Below, one piece after another: positions 24,672 through 36,854 of a stretch of 44,406 bases of DNA. The stretch's first letter is position 1, and every line of letters begins with the position of its first letter. A model generated the notes under the pieces. It was not told where the DNA came from and did no database searches. It was given only the letters and a program-made list of their open reading frames with translations. The position numbers were made by a program, and so were the translations under genes. Source of the DNA: Octopus bimaculoides (taxonomy: Eukaryota); assembly GCF_001194135.2 (NCBI RefSeq), contig NC_068982.1:20002201-20046606 (forward strand). The letters run 5' to 3'.

Positions 24672-24672
24672 C

Positions 24673-25280
24673 TTGGCTGTCATCGAGGAAGACCATCGCT
24701 GGTCATTGTCCACGCCAAATGCCATCAATTGCCGTACATTAAGCTATTTTAACAGAAGTCGGTTTTACCTCGATCCTGTTCGCAGTTTTCGTACTCGCCG
24801 CGGCTCCTTCCTACGCGATTGGGCATCAGATAGTCCCATCATAGGCGATTGCACAATCGAAAATTTTAGATTCAATACTGCTTGCATAGCACCTCAGAAA
24901 CTCTCTCTACCATGCTGGGAGGATCGGGGGACAAGCCACGGTAACATAATCACTGTTAATATGGATCGCAGGTTTAAGAATATGGGAACGCCATGATCTC
25001 AAGTTGAAGCAACAAAATCACTGGCATTCCTTACATATCTGATTTTACATCAGAGTGACCACCTAGAGACATGGTTTACCGAAAGATAAGGGATGTCTGA
25101 CTCATAGTGGTTGTTCCAGCACGCCACACACCAACCCGAATTTCTGAGGGCGTTTGCTATTGTTAGATAGTACTTGAGCCTATACTGGATTTATTTTCCT
25201 TTTCAGAGGTTTTGTTTATAGTCGTTTTGGCTTCCCAGCAGTCCTCCTAGCCAGACAAATGTAGTGAGAGTGCCGATTTA
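24673..25280 (-). mobile_element. Probable 5' end (UTR plus start of AP-endonuclease) of an RTE-like LINE
   Basis: GC-richer island. Minus strand gives VKIA-(frameshift)-LNVRQL...GVD..DQRW, resembling the KIATLNVRTL...ID..QE.RW N-terminus of APE domains. Confidence 0.4.
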
Positions 25281-25303
25281 GTATACATACACACACACAC
25301 ACA

Positions 25304-25334
<31 letters not shown>

Positions 25335-25599
25335 NNNNNNNNNNNNNNNNNNNNNNNNNNNNNNNNNNNNNNNNNNNNNNNNNNNNNNNNNNNNNNNNNN
25401 NNNNNNNNNNNNNNNNNNNNNNNNNNNNNNNNNNNNNNNNNNNNNNNNNNNNNNNNNNNNNNNNNNNNNNNNNNNNNNNNNNNNNNNNNNNNNNNNNNNN
25501 NNNNNNNNNNNNNNNNNNNNNNNNNNNNNNNNNNNNNNNNNNNNNNNNNNNNNNNNNNNNNNNNNNNNTATATATATATATATATGTATATATACGTGT

Positions 25600-26625
25600 G
25601 AGATCGCAAATAACTCACTTCCTCAACATTGGAGTCCGCGGAAAGCTGCTGACTAACAGAACCCAAGATATTGTGTTTGAGGGAATACGATCCAGCTCAG
25701 CCAAAGTCAATAGTAGGCGTCATCAAACATTCTACATTGAAAATCTTTGCAGATGATTCCAAACTCCAGAAAGCCATAAACGGCATGGGAGACTGAGCAT
25801 GCCTTTACTCGGATCAGTTTGCTGTTGTCCAATGCGCGGAAAAAAGCAATATGCTTCTAAATGAAGATAAGTTTGATTTGATCCACTTTGGAAAAGAGAA
25901 TACTCTGAAATTACCATATGCTCTTCCCTCGGGCGACTCCCTTGTGTGATCCAGCAACACCATAGACCTTGGGGGTAATTGTTGATAAGAATCTAAGCTG
26001 GAGTTCCCACGTAAACAGCAAGGTTGACTTGGCCAGCAAGATGCGCGCCTGGATTCTGAGAACGTTCTGGTCTAGAGATGCCTACACCATCATCCTTCTC
26101 GACTCTACTTTTGCACGACCCCACCTTGAATACTGTTGCCCACTGTGATCTCCCCATACGAAACAACTCATTATGAAAGTAGAAGCACTCCAGAGGTCAT
26201 TAACAAGAAAGATAAACGGCATGAGAGGCACTGACTATTGGGGTCGACTAAAAAACTCAATTTCTACTCACTCAAACGCGGCCGGGAGCGCTACATCATC
26301 TAAGACTTGGCCCTCGTGCCATCCGCCCACTGCAAAAATCGAACTCGGTGTTCATAGCAACATTACGTCACAATTACTTTACCTCAACCGGTCCAGCTCT
26401 CTTTAATATCATATCAAAATACGTCAAAACGGAAACGGATCCCATAAAATTCAATGGTTCAATTTCTTCAAAAAATCCCGGACCAACCTCCTACACCCGG
26501 ATACGCCTCCAAAAATAGTAACTCTTTGCTAGAGTTGGCCACAGTACCCCATATATGACTAAAAGACTTCACCAGGTGGTGCTATTAAGTTAGACATGGC
26601 CTGGGCTCATACTGGCTGAAACCTA
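25600..26625 (+). mobile_element. CR1-group LINE, 3' portion (RT end plus 3' terminus), internally deleted
   Basis: LNIGVRGKLL, KIFADDSKLQK, DLGVIVDKNLSWSSHV, ARPHLEYCCPL*SP, VEALQRSLTRKI..DYWGRLK; ends GGTGGTGC..CATGGCC..GGCTGAAAC. Confidence 0.9.
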
Positions 26626-26698
26626 ATCGAAGTGATATATATATATATATGTGTGTGTGTGTGTATGTATATGTATATATTTATATACATGTATATAT

Positions 26699-26766
26699 GT
26701 GGGAGTGAACCCGGAACCATGTGGTTGGTAAGCAACCTACTTACGACACAGCCACTCCTGCGCCTA
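26699..26766 (-). mobile_element. Isolated tRNA-like head of a SINE (same family as 37134-37554)
   Basis: Reverse complement AGGCGCAGGAGTGGCTGTGTCGTAAG...GGTTCCGGGTTCACTCCCAC is near-identical to the head at 37488-37554. Confidence 0.85.
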
Positions 26767-27589
26767 TATATATTTTTAATATTCAAATATCTTTAATATT
26801 TTTATACGTATCTTTACATATATTTTTAATATATCAATATATGTTTTTTTGACAATTTTTATCTTAATTAAATCCGTATACATATGTATTCATTGTGGTT
26901 ACCTGATTTAAACTTTCTTCGTTCCATTTATTATAATTGTATTTCTGTGTATGTATAAATATATATACATACATATTTATGCATAGTTATATATATCTGT
27001 GTGTGCAAACAAATGACCTTATGTACTTTAATAAACGCTTACAAACTCACACATACTTGCACATGTATGTCTATTTATTCATGTTTGTGTTGTTATGAGA
27101 CATTTGCTATAAATTCAAGAAACACTTTAACACAGATTCCTATCGTCTTTGTACACTTAATTCCCATCTTCCCACTTTGTGGATAATTTTATTGCCACTA
27201 TTGTCTAAATGCATACACAATATCTATAGATGCGTTGTGAAGTCATTTTCAATATTCAATAGTTTTAAAATTGTTTATATGGAAGTGGCGACACTTTGCT
27301 AGCATTTCTTATGTGTATAGATGGATTCTTGTATTGTTCATATCAAGACCAAATACTTCTTCGATTTCACAATACCCATTAACATATGTTTCTCTCAAAA
27401 TATATTAAATTTTCTGTACTAAACATCTTACTGTCTCTATGTATTTCCCCGCCTCTCTATCGCTCTGTCTCTTTTCCTGTGTATGCAAACGTACATAGTA
27501 CAAACATAGCTATATGTCTACAAGTACCTATAGCCCTCTTATACTAATGTGTGTGTGTTTGTGTGTGTATGCGTGGGTGTCTCTCTCTC

Positions 27590-27822
27590 CGAAGCAGGGG
27601 CTTATACGGCCGGTTACCGGAATTCCATGGCGTATATATTCTTCACCGCACGGGACACGGATCCGTATCAGGGTTACTCATTTCTGTCAGCTGTGTGGAC
27701 TGGAAGAAAGTGAAATGAAGTGTTGTGCTCAAGAGCATAACGCAGCGTCCAGTTAAGGAATCGAAATCACAATCTTATGATCAGGAGTGTAACATTATAT
27801 GTACTAAGTTACACGCTTCCAC
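27590..27822 (-). mobile_element. tRNA-derived SINE, degenerate
   Basis: Reverse complement has GGAAGCGTGTAACTTAGT (A-box-like), GATTTCGATTCC (B-box-like) and CTCTTGAGCACAACACTTCATTTCAC. Confidence 0.7.
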
Positions 27823-28530
27823 ATGCATGCACATAAATACACACACATGCACACACAGACACGCGCAATGCACACACACACATACACACACATATATATA
27901 TATATATATATGTAAATATATGTATATATGTAGGTATATATATATATATATATATATATATNNNNNNNNNNNNNNNNNNNNNNNNNNNNNNNNNNNNNNN
28001 NNNNNNNNNNNNNNNNNNNNNNNNNNNNNNNNNNNNNNNNNNNNNNNNNNNNNNNNNNNNNNNNNNNNNNNNNNNNNNNNNNNNNNNNNNNNNNNNNNNN
28101 NNNNNNNNNNNNNNNNNNNNNNNNNNNNNNNNNNNNNNNNNNNNNNNNNNNNNNNNNNNNNNNNNNNNNNNNNNNNNNNNNNNNNNNNNNNNNNNNNNNN
28201 NNNNNNNNNNNNNNNNNNNNNNNNNNNNNNNNNNNNNNNNNNNNNNNNNNNNNNNNNNNNNNNNNNNNNNNNNNNNNNNNNNNNNNNNNNNNNNNNNNNN
28301 NNNNNNNNNNNNNNNNNNNNNNNNNNNNNNNNNNNNNNNNNNNNNNNNNNNNNNNNNNNNNNNNNNNNNNNNNNNNNNNNNNNNNNNNNNNNNNNNNNNN
28401 NNNNNNNNNNNNNNNNNNNNNNNNNNNNNNNNNNNNNNNNNNTATATATATATATATATATGCATATATATATATACATATACATATATATACACACACA
28501 TTTTTGTTGTTGATATGTGTTACTTAATAA

Positions 28531-28745
28531 GGCGGCGAGCTATGCAAATCTTTAGCACGCCGGGCAAAATGCTTGGCGGCATTTCGTCCGTCTTTACATT
28601 CTGAGTTCAACTTCGGCCGAGGTCAACTTTGCCTTTCATCCTTCCGGGGTCGATAAAATATATACCAGTCAAACTCTGGGATCGATGTAATCGATTTATC
28701 CCTCCTCTTGAAATTGTTGGCCTTGTGCCAGAACTTGAAACGGTT
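28531..28745 (+). mobile_element. SINE (GGCGGCGAGCTGGCAG family)
   Basis: Head GGCGGCGAGCT, B-box GAGTTCAACT, core GGTCAACTTTGCCTTTCATCCTTCCGGGGTCGATAAA shared with the copies at 32863 and 41487. Confidence 0.9.
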
Positions 28746-29009
28746 GTTTGCCACTTGATATTCGACAGAAATAGTGGGCGAATTGGTACAATTCGTTGAG
28801 CGTCGAACAAAATGGCTAGAGGCATTTTTTCGGAATCATTAGATCCTGAGATCACATTCTGCTGGAGCCAACTTGTCCTTTCAATCTTTGGAAGCCCATA
28901 AAATATGCTATAATTAGACCACTGGTGACGATATAATCTACTAGGGACCCTCTTTCTAAAATTGCTGGCATCGTGTCCCAAATTTACTTTCATTCCTCCT
29001 AACGGCTAT

Positions 29010-29200
29010 TAGGTCGCAAGGTGGCTCAATAGTTACCAAGCCGAGCAACATGCATTGTAGCATTTCGTCCTTCTTTACGCTCTAAGTTCAAATTACGTCG
29101 AGATCGACTTTGCTTTTCATCTTTTCGGGGTCGAAAAGATAAGTACCACTTGCTCTCCCTAACATTTTCAGGCTTAGTGCCTATAGTAGAAAGGATTATT
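29010..29200 (+). mobile_element. Older copy of the same SINE family
   Basis: Core ATCGACTTTGCTTTTCATCTTTTCGGGGTCGAAAAGATAAGTACC. Confidence 0.8.
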
Positions 29201-29211
29201 ACTTAAGACTA

Positions 29212-29348
29212 TAAGGCAGCGAGCGAGTAGAGTCGTTAAGGGGCCCGGAAAAATTCTTAGCAATATCTATTCCGGCTCTTTACGTTGTAAGAATCCTACC
29301 GTGATCAAATTTTCTTTTCATTCTTTTGCGGTTGATTAAAATTATTGA
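29212..29348 (+). mobile_element. Decayed copy of the same SINE family
   Basis: AAGGCAGCGAGC head and decayed core GATCAAATTTTCTTTTCATTCTTTTGCGGTTGATTAAA. Confidence 0.6.
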
Positions 29349-29351
29349 GCG

Positions 29352-29482
29352 CAATGTTCTGGCAGAATAGGTAAAACGTCGCATAAAAGATTTTTCTATT
29401 TGTTCTTGACTGAAACTCCTCCGAGGTCAACTTTACCCTTCAAGTTGAGTCGAAAAATTACGGTACCAATCTAGTATGGCCT
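29352..29482 (+). mobile_element. Decayed copy of the same SINE family
   Basis: CTGGCAGAAT head remnant and CCGAGGTCAACTTTACC core. Confidence 0.55.
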
Positions 29483-29575
29483 GACTAGAATCGAATATTA
29501 AAAATGACAAACCAACAAGAGTACGTGCACGTGAAATTTATTAGACGTTCAGTTAAGTTGGTAAAAAAGAGGGAG

Positions 29576-29610
29576 TTTTTGACGTTTCGAGCATAGCTCT
29601 TCGTTAGGAA
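29576..29610 (-). ncRNA. Minimal type-I hammerhead ribozyme relic (Penelope-type), probably inactive
   Basis: Minus strand reads TTC CTAACGA A GAGC tat GCTC GAAA CG TC AAAAA: perfect 4-bp stem II, GAAA, palindromic ACGT stem III and a GUC triplet. The core has G5->A (CTAACGA instead of CTGACGA). Confidence 0.55.
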
Positions 29611-32600
29611 GGAAGATGGGAATGTCCAGAGATGGAAAAATATCATCCACAGCATGTATGTTGTTACATGGCTTATATATGTATATATGTGTGTGTGTAT
29701 GTGCGTATGTGTGAGTGCGTGTGTGTGTATGTGTGCATGCATGTTTGTGTTCTCTATGCGTATGTATATGTGTATGTGGTTGTGTATGTAGGTGTGATCT
29801 GACTGAATAGTCAAGAAATTCACCTTGCAACTATGAGGTTTTGTGTTAGGTGAATTCACTATATCGCATCTGGTGGGTATTGTATAATATACAGCCTCTT
29901 GTCAATCCAAGTCTCGCTAATGAATTTAGGATGACGGGGAATGTCTGTAACATTACTGGGTGGATTATATATAAAATTTTAAAAATTACAGCCTTGTCAC
30001 AAACACTGTCACACTGTATCCGTCTGAAGATTTAATTAAATATTGATTTATCTGCGGAAAATACAGGAATTTACACGTTAATTTAGAAGCAGGCTACTCA
30101 TTTCATAAACAGGCAATGAGATCTGGATGAAATTCGACCTCAAATGTAAAGTGAAAACATACTACAAATCAAATTGATCCGTTCTGAAAGGTAAATGTAA
30201 TGGCTTTTCTCTTCATTGCGTGGAAAGTCAGTGTATGATGTTCACCCCCTCCCTATCCAAATATATACCATATAACGTTTCAATTGTTTAGTTGTTCTCT
30301 GTTGCACTCTGTTTCGTTTTGTTGGTTCTATAATAGCAAAACATGTCCGATGTTGAAAACCATGACTACCATAATTTAAACTGACTCCCCACTGCATATA
30401 TTTTAAACATTTTTTCATACTCTTTATTTTCCTCAGTTCTCTCCGAAGTAACTCTTGATAAGGATTGCTATTAAATTTAATATACACTAAACTGGTGTAC
30501 AGGTGTACTCTAAATTGCTTTTAAAGCATTAAAAAATTCACTTCACTCTATTCTTTTTTTCATGCAGAATGAATTGTTGAGAAATTTTCTAATGTTAAGG
30601 AAAGTTAATACCATCACCTGATTCGACATCTACTATGAAAATATCATTGTCTTGCTTAACAACTGTGTTCACAACGGGAGAATCATCTATTTGCTTGTCA
30701 GAGCAGTTAGAATTTATGAATTTGGTCATTATGAATGTTTGCACTAATTAGAAAAATTATCATGTTCCCATTGTAAATGTTTTATTATTTCCTTTGCCGG
30801 AGGAGAAAAAAAAAAAGAAGTAAAATGTGCGTTTCAAATCAGGTTTGAAAATCACCATTCGGAAGAAAGAAATATCCTACTAGGAAGCAAATTACAACAT
30901 TCGTAAATAATTACTTACCTGTTATGTACGTTCTTCCTTTCGACAGGAAGCCTAAATAAAGACGAAGCAAGCTAAACAAAAATATTAGTTGTTCTCACAG
31001 AAACCAATCTAGCGTACATTATGTACAGATTAAGAGAAAACTCAATTATAAAACATTTTATTTCTCCCTGTACATAAACGACTTCCAAACCAATTAAATC
31101 CGCTTGAATTATATTATGAAAGCCACTCTGAAATATAATGTACCACCCAGTGATGTGAATGTTGACAGGCAATTACAGAAAAGAATTAGAGACTGATTTA
31201 TATTATTATCACCAGCGTTGGGAAAGCAGAGATGCTGCAGGGATAAATATTCGTATGTGGAATCTCATGTCAATTCCGACTTAGAATTAGTGATATCAAA
31301 CACAGCTGGGGTGAATTTTGCTTCATCCCTAGAGTGTAGTTATTAACTATAGCATTTATAAAAAAATGGGAAGAAGAATGACAGTGTCGATTTTCTAACT
31401 GAAAAATTACATTCTTCTTTTCACAATTAAAACCTTAAAGTTTTAGGTCAGTACTGTAAAAGAATAATAATGATCACTGCAAGAAGAATCAGCTAAATTA
31501 AATTCTGCTTTCAATCGCCGCCTCTAACCTCTGAAATAAAATATGAACTTCATTTAATGAGACTTTTGTCCCGATTATAATTGGTTTGCTGCTTCCGTTG
31601 TCAAATGTGATACAGGATCGATCTATAAGACAAAAGGTGAAGATTTTATATTAACAGACTTACAAAATCCATAATCTTCGTACTAACAGGTTCACTAAAT
31701 TTGACTGTACATACGTGCAGCTTCCTGCATTAAATCGCTTCGCCATACAATGATTAATTAACTATAATCCACTCAAGTACAATTTCCGAATTCAAATTAA
31801 AGATGAACAGTGCTTTGAATGTAACGCCCCCCCCCCTCACACACAGAGTTTTCTGTAGAATGATATATACATGACAATGAGTTTTAACAGTACCTAATTT
31901 GCTGAATGAATTATTAAATTCATTAGGTTCACGAGTGCTATTAACCAGATAGTATAGTTAACTTGGGTAGGGCAATTGTAAGACGATATTTAGCAGTAGT
32001 TCTTAAACAAAATGGTATCATACAAAAACAAAATCCATGGGCAACATAACATTGGTTTTATATTTATATTTATAAGATTTACTTTTGATTTAATGAATAT
32101 TCGTTTAGATTTTTCAAATGCTGACAGATGAAAGGGCAAATCTTCCGGGGAAAAAACTGTCATGACAATCTCCATTGGCATTAAAACGAAGACTTGGATT
32201 GCCCTTCCCTTGAGAAAATCTTAATTTAATAAAACTATTGCTTAGATAGAATTTTTATAGTTGGTGATATGTTTCGACTCTACAGGTCTAAGTAGCGCTG
32301 CTTCGTAGGCATATACAGTACATACAAAGTGTTTACTGTAAGGTGCTTAACATTTATCAGTTTGCTTCACCTTGCTGCAATAGGCTACATAGGATTGTAG
32401 CGTGGGACGCTGTATATATGGAAAGCAATATTTAGCTAAGTCTTACTGGGTAGAGTCTCGACCTGATTATATTTAATTGACATCTCTCAAAACTAGAAAG
32501 ACGATCTTACTTTCTTTATATTCTCAATATCAACTTGTTTCCTTATTCAATTCAGGTATACGCCCAGTATTTCCTATTAGGAATACTATCGCAAATGAAT

Positions 32601-32862
32601 CCTGTCTTTCTAAATAATCTCTAGATTTCTTCATGTGCACTAATCTAGTAATTATTCTACGAACTATATATCTAAAATATAGATTAATCGGACACTTAAT
32701 ATTGATAGTTGTTAGCATAAAAATTCTACTTCATATATGGCATAAAATTATAGAACATGTAGATTGCAGCCTTACTGTAGCATTCATTTTCTAACTCTGT
32801 ACCTGTCCTGTGTATCTCATGCGATACACGGGACATATTTCCAGACTTCCGTGTACATAACA

Positions 32863-33100
32863 AGACGGCGAGCTGGCAGAAACGTTAGCACGCCGGGCGA
32901 AATGCTTAGCGGTATTTCGTATTCCGCTACGTTCTGAGTTCAAATTCTGCTGAGGTTGACTTAGCATTTCATCTTTTCGGGGTCGAGTAAATAAGTACCA
33001 GTTACGCACTGGGATCGATGTAATCGACTTAATCTCTTAGTCTGTCCTTGTTTGACCCTCTTTGTTTAGCCCCCCCCCCCCGTGAGTAATAAAGAAATAA
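32863..33100 (+). mobile_element. Near full-length SINE (GGCGGCGAGCTGGCAG family)
   Basis: Head ACGGCGAGCTGGCAGAAACGTTAGCACGCCGGGCG, B-box GAGTTCAAATTC, core, tail GTAATAAAGAAATAA. Confidence 0.92.
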
Positions 33101-34090
33101 ATATAATACAAATTAATATTTTGTTTTGATGCATCATAATAAATCAGGACTTATGAAGGGGAAGTTTTATATTACTCAGAGCATATGAGACAAGGGCTTA
33201 CTACAAGCTTGAAAACCAGCATGGAAGTTTAAGACAAAGTTATAAAAATTCTTTCAACAGGAAAATGGTTAAAATGGACATAAAACATATACTTGAGCCG
33301 ACGTCCAATTCTGTAAAGCTTCTACTCCTCTCCCATGAACACAACACAATTGAATACTATCTGTAGTTACCTGCCAGTAAATCCGTCGTCATTTCCTTTG
33401 GTTAGTGTTAGAGTCAATTATGTTTCCCTCTGTGACAGGCAATTGGACATAGGTAAGTAATATATCCAAGAATTTTAATTGTCATTCCAAATGAAGTAGC
33501 AATAATTTCTAATAACTAAGACACTTGCTCATATTGTAGATAAATTTCATATTTATCGTATCGTCACGCTTGGAGTATATTTTACAAATTTCCATTTCAA
33601 TAACTGTCAGAAAATCTGTATATCCATAACTGTCTAAATGCACATTACCACTCACAGAAATAATATTCTAAGATATTAGTGTTACGACAAGTGCTTGATA
33701 TATTTACTCACTTTACATATATGCATCAATACGTATATGTCCGTACACATACATTCAATTACACGCACAAATAAACGTATTTATGTATGTATGTATGTAG
33801 GTATGTATACATTCCTGGTTTTTCAGCAATCATACAATTGATCACTTCTTATATTATTCCTACCAATAAAATGAAATAAAATATATACCTAAGCATTTCT
33901 CTAAAAACGTCTTCTAAACTGCTTCTAATAGTGTTAAAATTGCAAGAAATATTAAAGAATATAAAAAATTTATATCAACTCATTGATTTCGACATCATTG
34001 TAATCGCATATTTTATATATTAATCAATCATGATGAAGAAAAATACGTAGAAATATAAAAAAAAGGCACATACAAATATATATATATACA

Positions 34091-34128
<38 letters not shown>

Positions 34129-35949
34129 AATGTTTGTATGTATTCGCTCAATAAGATATGCATATTAATGTATCGTTATATGCAAATCTAGGCATCAATT
34201 TCAACATGAAAATTATAAAGTCCCCAGTTATTCTGAGTTATTGAATAATATGAAATAGAAATATGAATATAATTAGTTTATACGAATTAAATGAGAAAAG
34301 GAAATAGGAATAAAATATTATAAAAGAAATAATGGAAATCATAACAAGTGCACGTAATGTAGGAACATAATTAGAAGTATGAAAAAACGGAAATAAATTT
34401 TGCAAAAAATATTGTCCCTATATAGTTTGTTTACAGTTTTCGATATATTTCCTTCCTACCCTAACAATTACGATAATTTAAAATGATAGAATATCCGACA
34501 TTTTCATGGTGATTATATTTAGTTGATTTATCACATAATTCTAGTATGACAACGGCTTGTATGCGTTCATATATATATATATATATTTATATANNNNNNN
34601 NNNNNNNNNNNNNNNNNNNNNNNNNNNNNNNNNNNNNNNNNNNNNNNNNNNNNNNNNNNNNNNNNNNNNNNNNNNNNNNNNNNNNNNNNNNNNNNNNNNN
34701 NNNNNNNNNNNNNNNNNNNNNNNNNNNNNNNNNNNNNNNNNNNNNNNNNNNNNNNNNNNNNNNNNNNNNNNNNNNNNNNNNNNNNNNNNNNNNNNNNNNN
34801 NNNNNNNNNNNNNNNNNNNNNNNNNNNNNNNNNNNNNNNNNNNNNNNNNNNNNNNNNNNNNNNNNNNNNNNNNNNNNNNNNNNNNNNNNNNNNNNNNNNN
34901 NNNNNNNNNNNNNNNNNNNNNNNNNNNNNNNNNNNNNNNNNNNNNNNNNNNNNNNNNNNNNNNNNNNNNNNNNNNNNNNNNNNNNNNNNNNNNNNNNNNN
35001 NNNNNNNNNNNNNNNNNNNNNNNNNNNNNNNNNNNNNNNNNNNNNNNNNNNNNNNNNNNNNNNNNNNNNNNNNNNNNNNNNNNNNNNNNNNNNNNNNNNN
35101 NNNNNNNNNNNNNNNNNNNNNNNNNNNNNNNNNNNNNNNNNNNNNNNNNNNNNNNNNNNNNNNNNNNNNNNNNNNNNNNNNNNNNNNNNNNNNNNNNNNN
35201 NNNNNNNNNNNNNNNNNNNNNNNNNNNNNNNNNNNNNNNNNNNNNNNNNNNNNNNNNNNNNNNNNNNNNNNNNNNNNNNNNNNNNNNNNNNNNNNNNNNN
35301 NNNNNNNNNNNNNNNNNNNNNNNNNNNNNNNNNNNNNNNNNNNNNNNNNNNNNNNNNNNNNNNNNNNNNNNNNNNNNNNNNNNNNNNNNNNNNNNNNNNN
35401 NNNNNNNNNNNNNNNNNNNNNNNNNNNNNNNNNNNNNNNNNNNNNNNNNNNNNNNNNNNNNNNNNNNNNNNNNAGACTTACTTGTGTATGTGTATGCTTA
35501 AATATACTTTAAACATATTCATCTCGTATTATTACTTTTTTCTTTTTATCTAATGCTTCATTTCTATTCTGCAGATGTTCTTGATGTGAAAGTATATTCA
35601 ATCTTGTTTCGTAGTTTTTTTTTTCTCTCTCAATATTTACTTCGTAGTGTCGAATTCTCTCCTAGGAAATACTTTTGAGTTATTGTGTATCTAATCAAAC
35701 GAGGCATACATTACTTTTTCATGAATAGTATGTTTTTCTTTCTTAGTTCGTTAGTATTTTACAAATAATCTGGAGCCATATAGATTGAATTTAAGCAGAG
35801 GTTTATTAAAAGACTTATATTACAAGTATTTTAGAGACCGAATCGTATTTCAGTCGATCACATGTGAATACCCCCAAATTAAATTGATTTTTAATCCTTA
35901 GAATAAAAGCTCTAAGGTGTTTGATTCTCTGACATGTGTAGTCAGGAAT

Positions 35950-36170
35950 CAAAGATGTCACTGGAGTGCGGACTTGCTGGGGCATCGTTTATAATGATTT
36001 AGTAGAAGAAGTCAGTTCCAGTACCCATTCTATCGGTTTGTTTTTGAAGAACCACTAGCTTACAGGTACGCAAACGAACTAACACCGATTGTAAAGACGT
36101 AGTGGACCAACTCCAAATGCGAAAGAGAAATAATTTTAAGATCAAGTATACTGAAAACTTTAATACACAC
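35950..36170 (-). mobile_element. Degenerate 3' half of the SINE family seen at 37134-37554
   Basis: TGCTGGGGCATCG, TTCTATCGG..GAACCACTAGCTTAC..ACACCGATTGT align loosely to 37180-37330. Confidence 0.55.
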
Positions 36171-36171
36171 A

Positions 36172-36221
<50 letters not shown>

Positions 36222-36665
36222 NNNNNNNNNNNNNNNNNNNNNNNNNNNNNNNNNNNNNNNNNNNNNNNNNNNNNNNNNNNNNNNNNNNNNNNNNNNNNNN
36301 NNNNNNNNNNNNNNNNNNNNNNNNNNNNNNNNNNNNNNNNNNNNNNNNNNNNNNNNNNNNNNNNNNNNNNNNNNNNNNNNNNNNNNNNNNNNNNNNNNNN
36401 NNNNNNNNNNNNNNNNNNNNNNNNNNNNNNNNNNNNNNNNNNNNNNNNNNNNNNNNNNNNNNNNNNNNNNNNNNNNNNNNNNNNNNNNNNNNNNNNNNNN
36501 NNNNNNNNNNNNNNNNNNNNNNNNNNNNNNNNNNNNNNNTTTGTCAAGACTAAACTTCAAGCAATCTAATAAATAGCTAACTTCAGTCTGTCTCTTACGA
36601 ATGCGCACTCGTTAGATACACGACATTCAGTATAGTTCGATGCAAACTTGCAACAAGACAGGTTG

Positions 36666-36667
36666 TA

Positions 36668-36723
<56 letters not shown>

Positions 36724-36754
36724 GTTGTTGTTGTTGTTGTTGTTGTTGTTCTTG

Positions 36755-36853
<99 letters not shown>

Positions 36854-36854
36854 T
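36666..36854. repeat. (TAT)n-(TGT)n-(TAT)n-(TAG)n compound trinucleotide repeat
   Basis: Directly visible; explains the poly-N/T/I/L ORFs at 36595-36898. Confidence 0.98.

Noticed and set aside
23592-24752. Long ORFs of 315-378 aa (also 27725-28513, 34546-35553, 35999-36608, 40225-40899)
   Set aside because: Composed of X from N-gaps plus flanking microsatellites.
33439-33452. 14-nt plus-strand microexon candidate (GACAG|GCAATTGGACATAG|GTAAGT)
   Set aside because: Frame-shifting length; an equally plausible minus-strand candidate overlaps it; no independent support.
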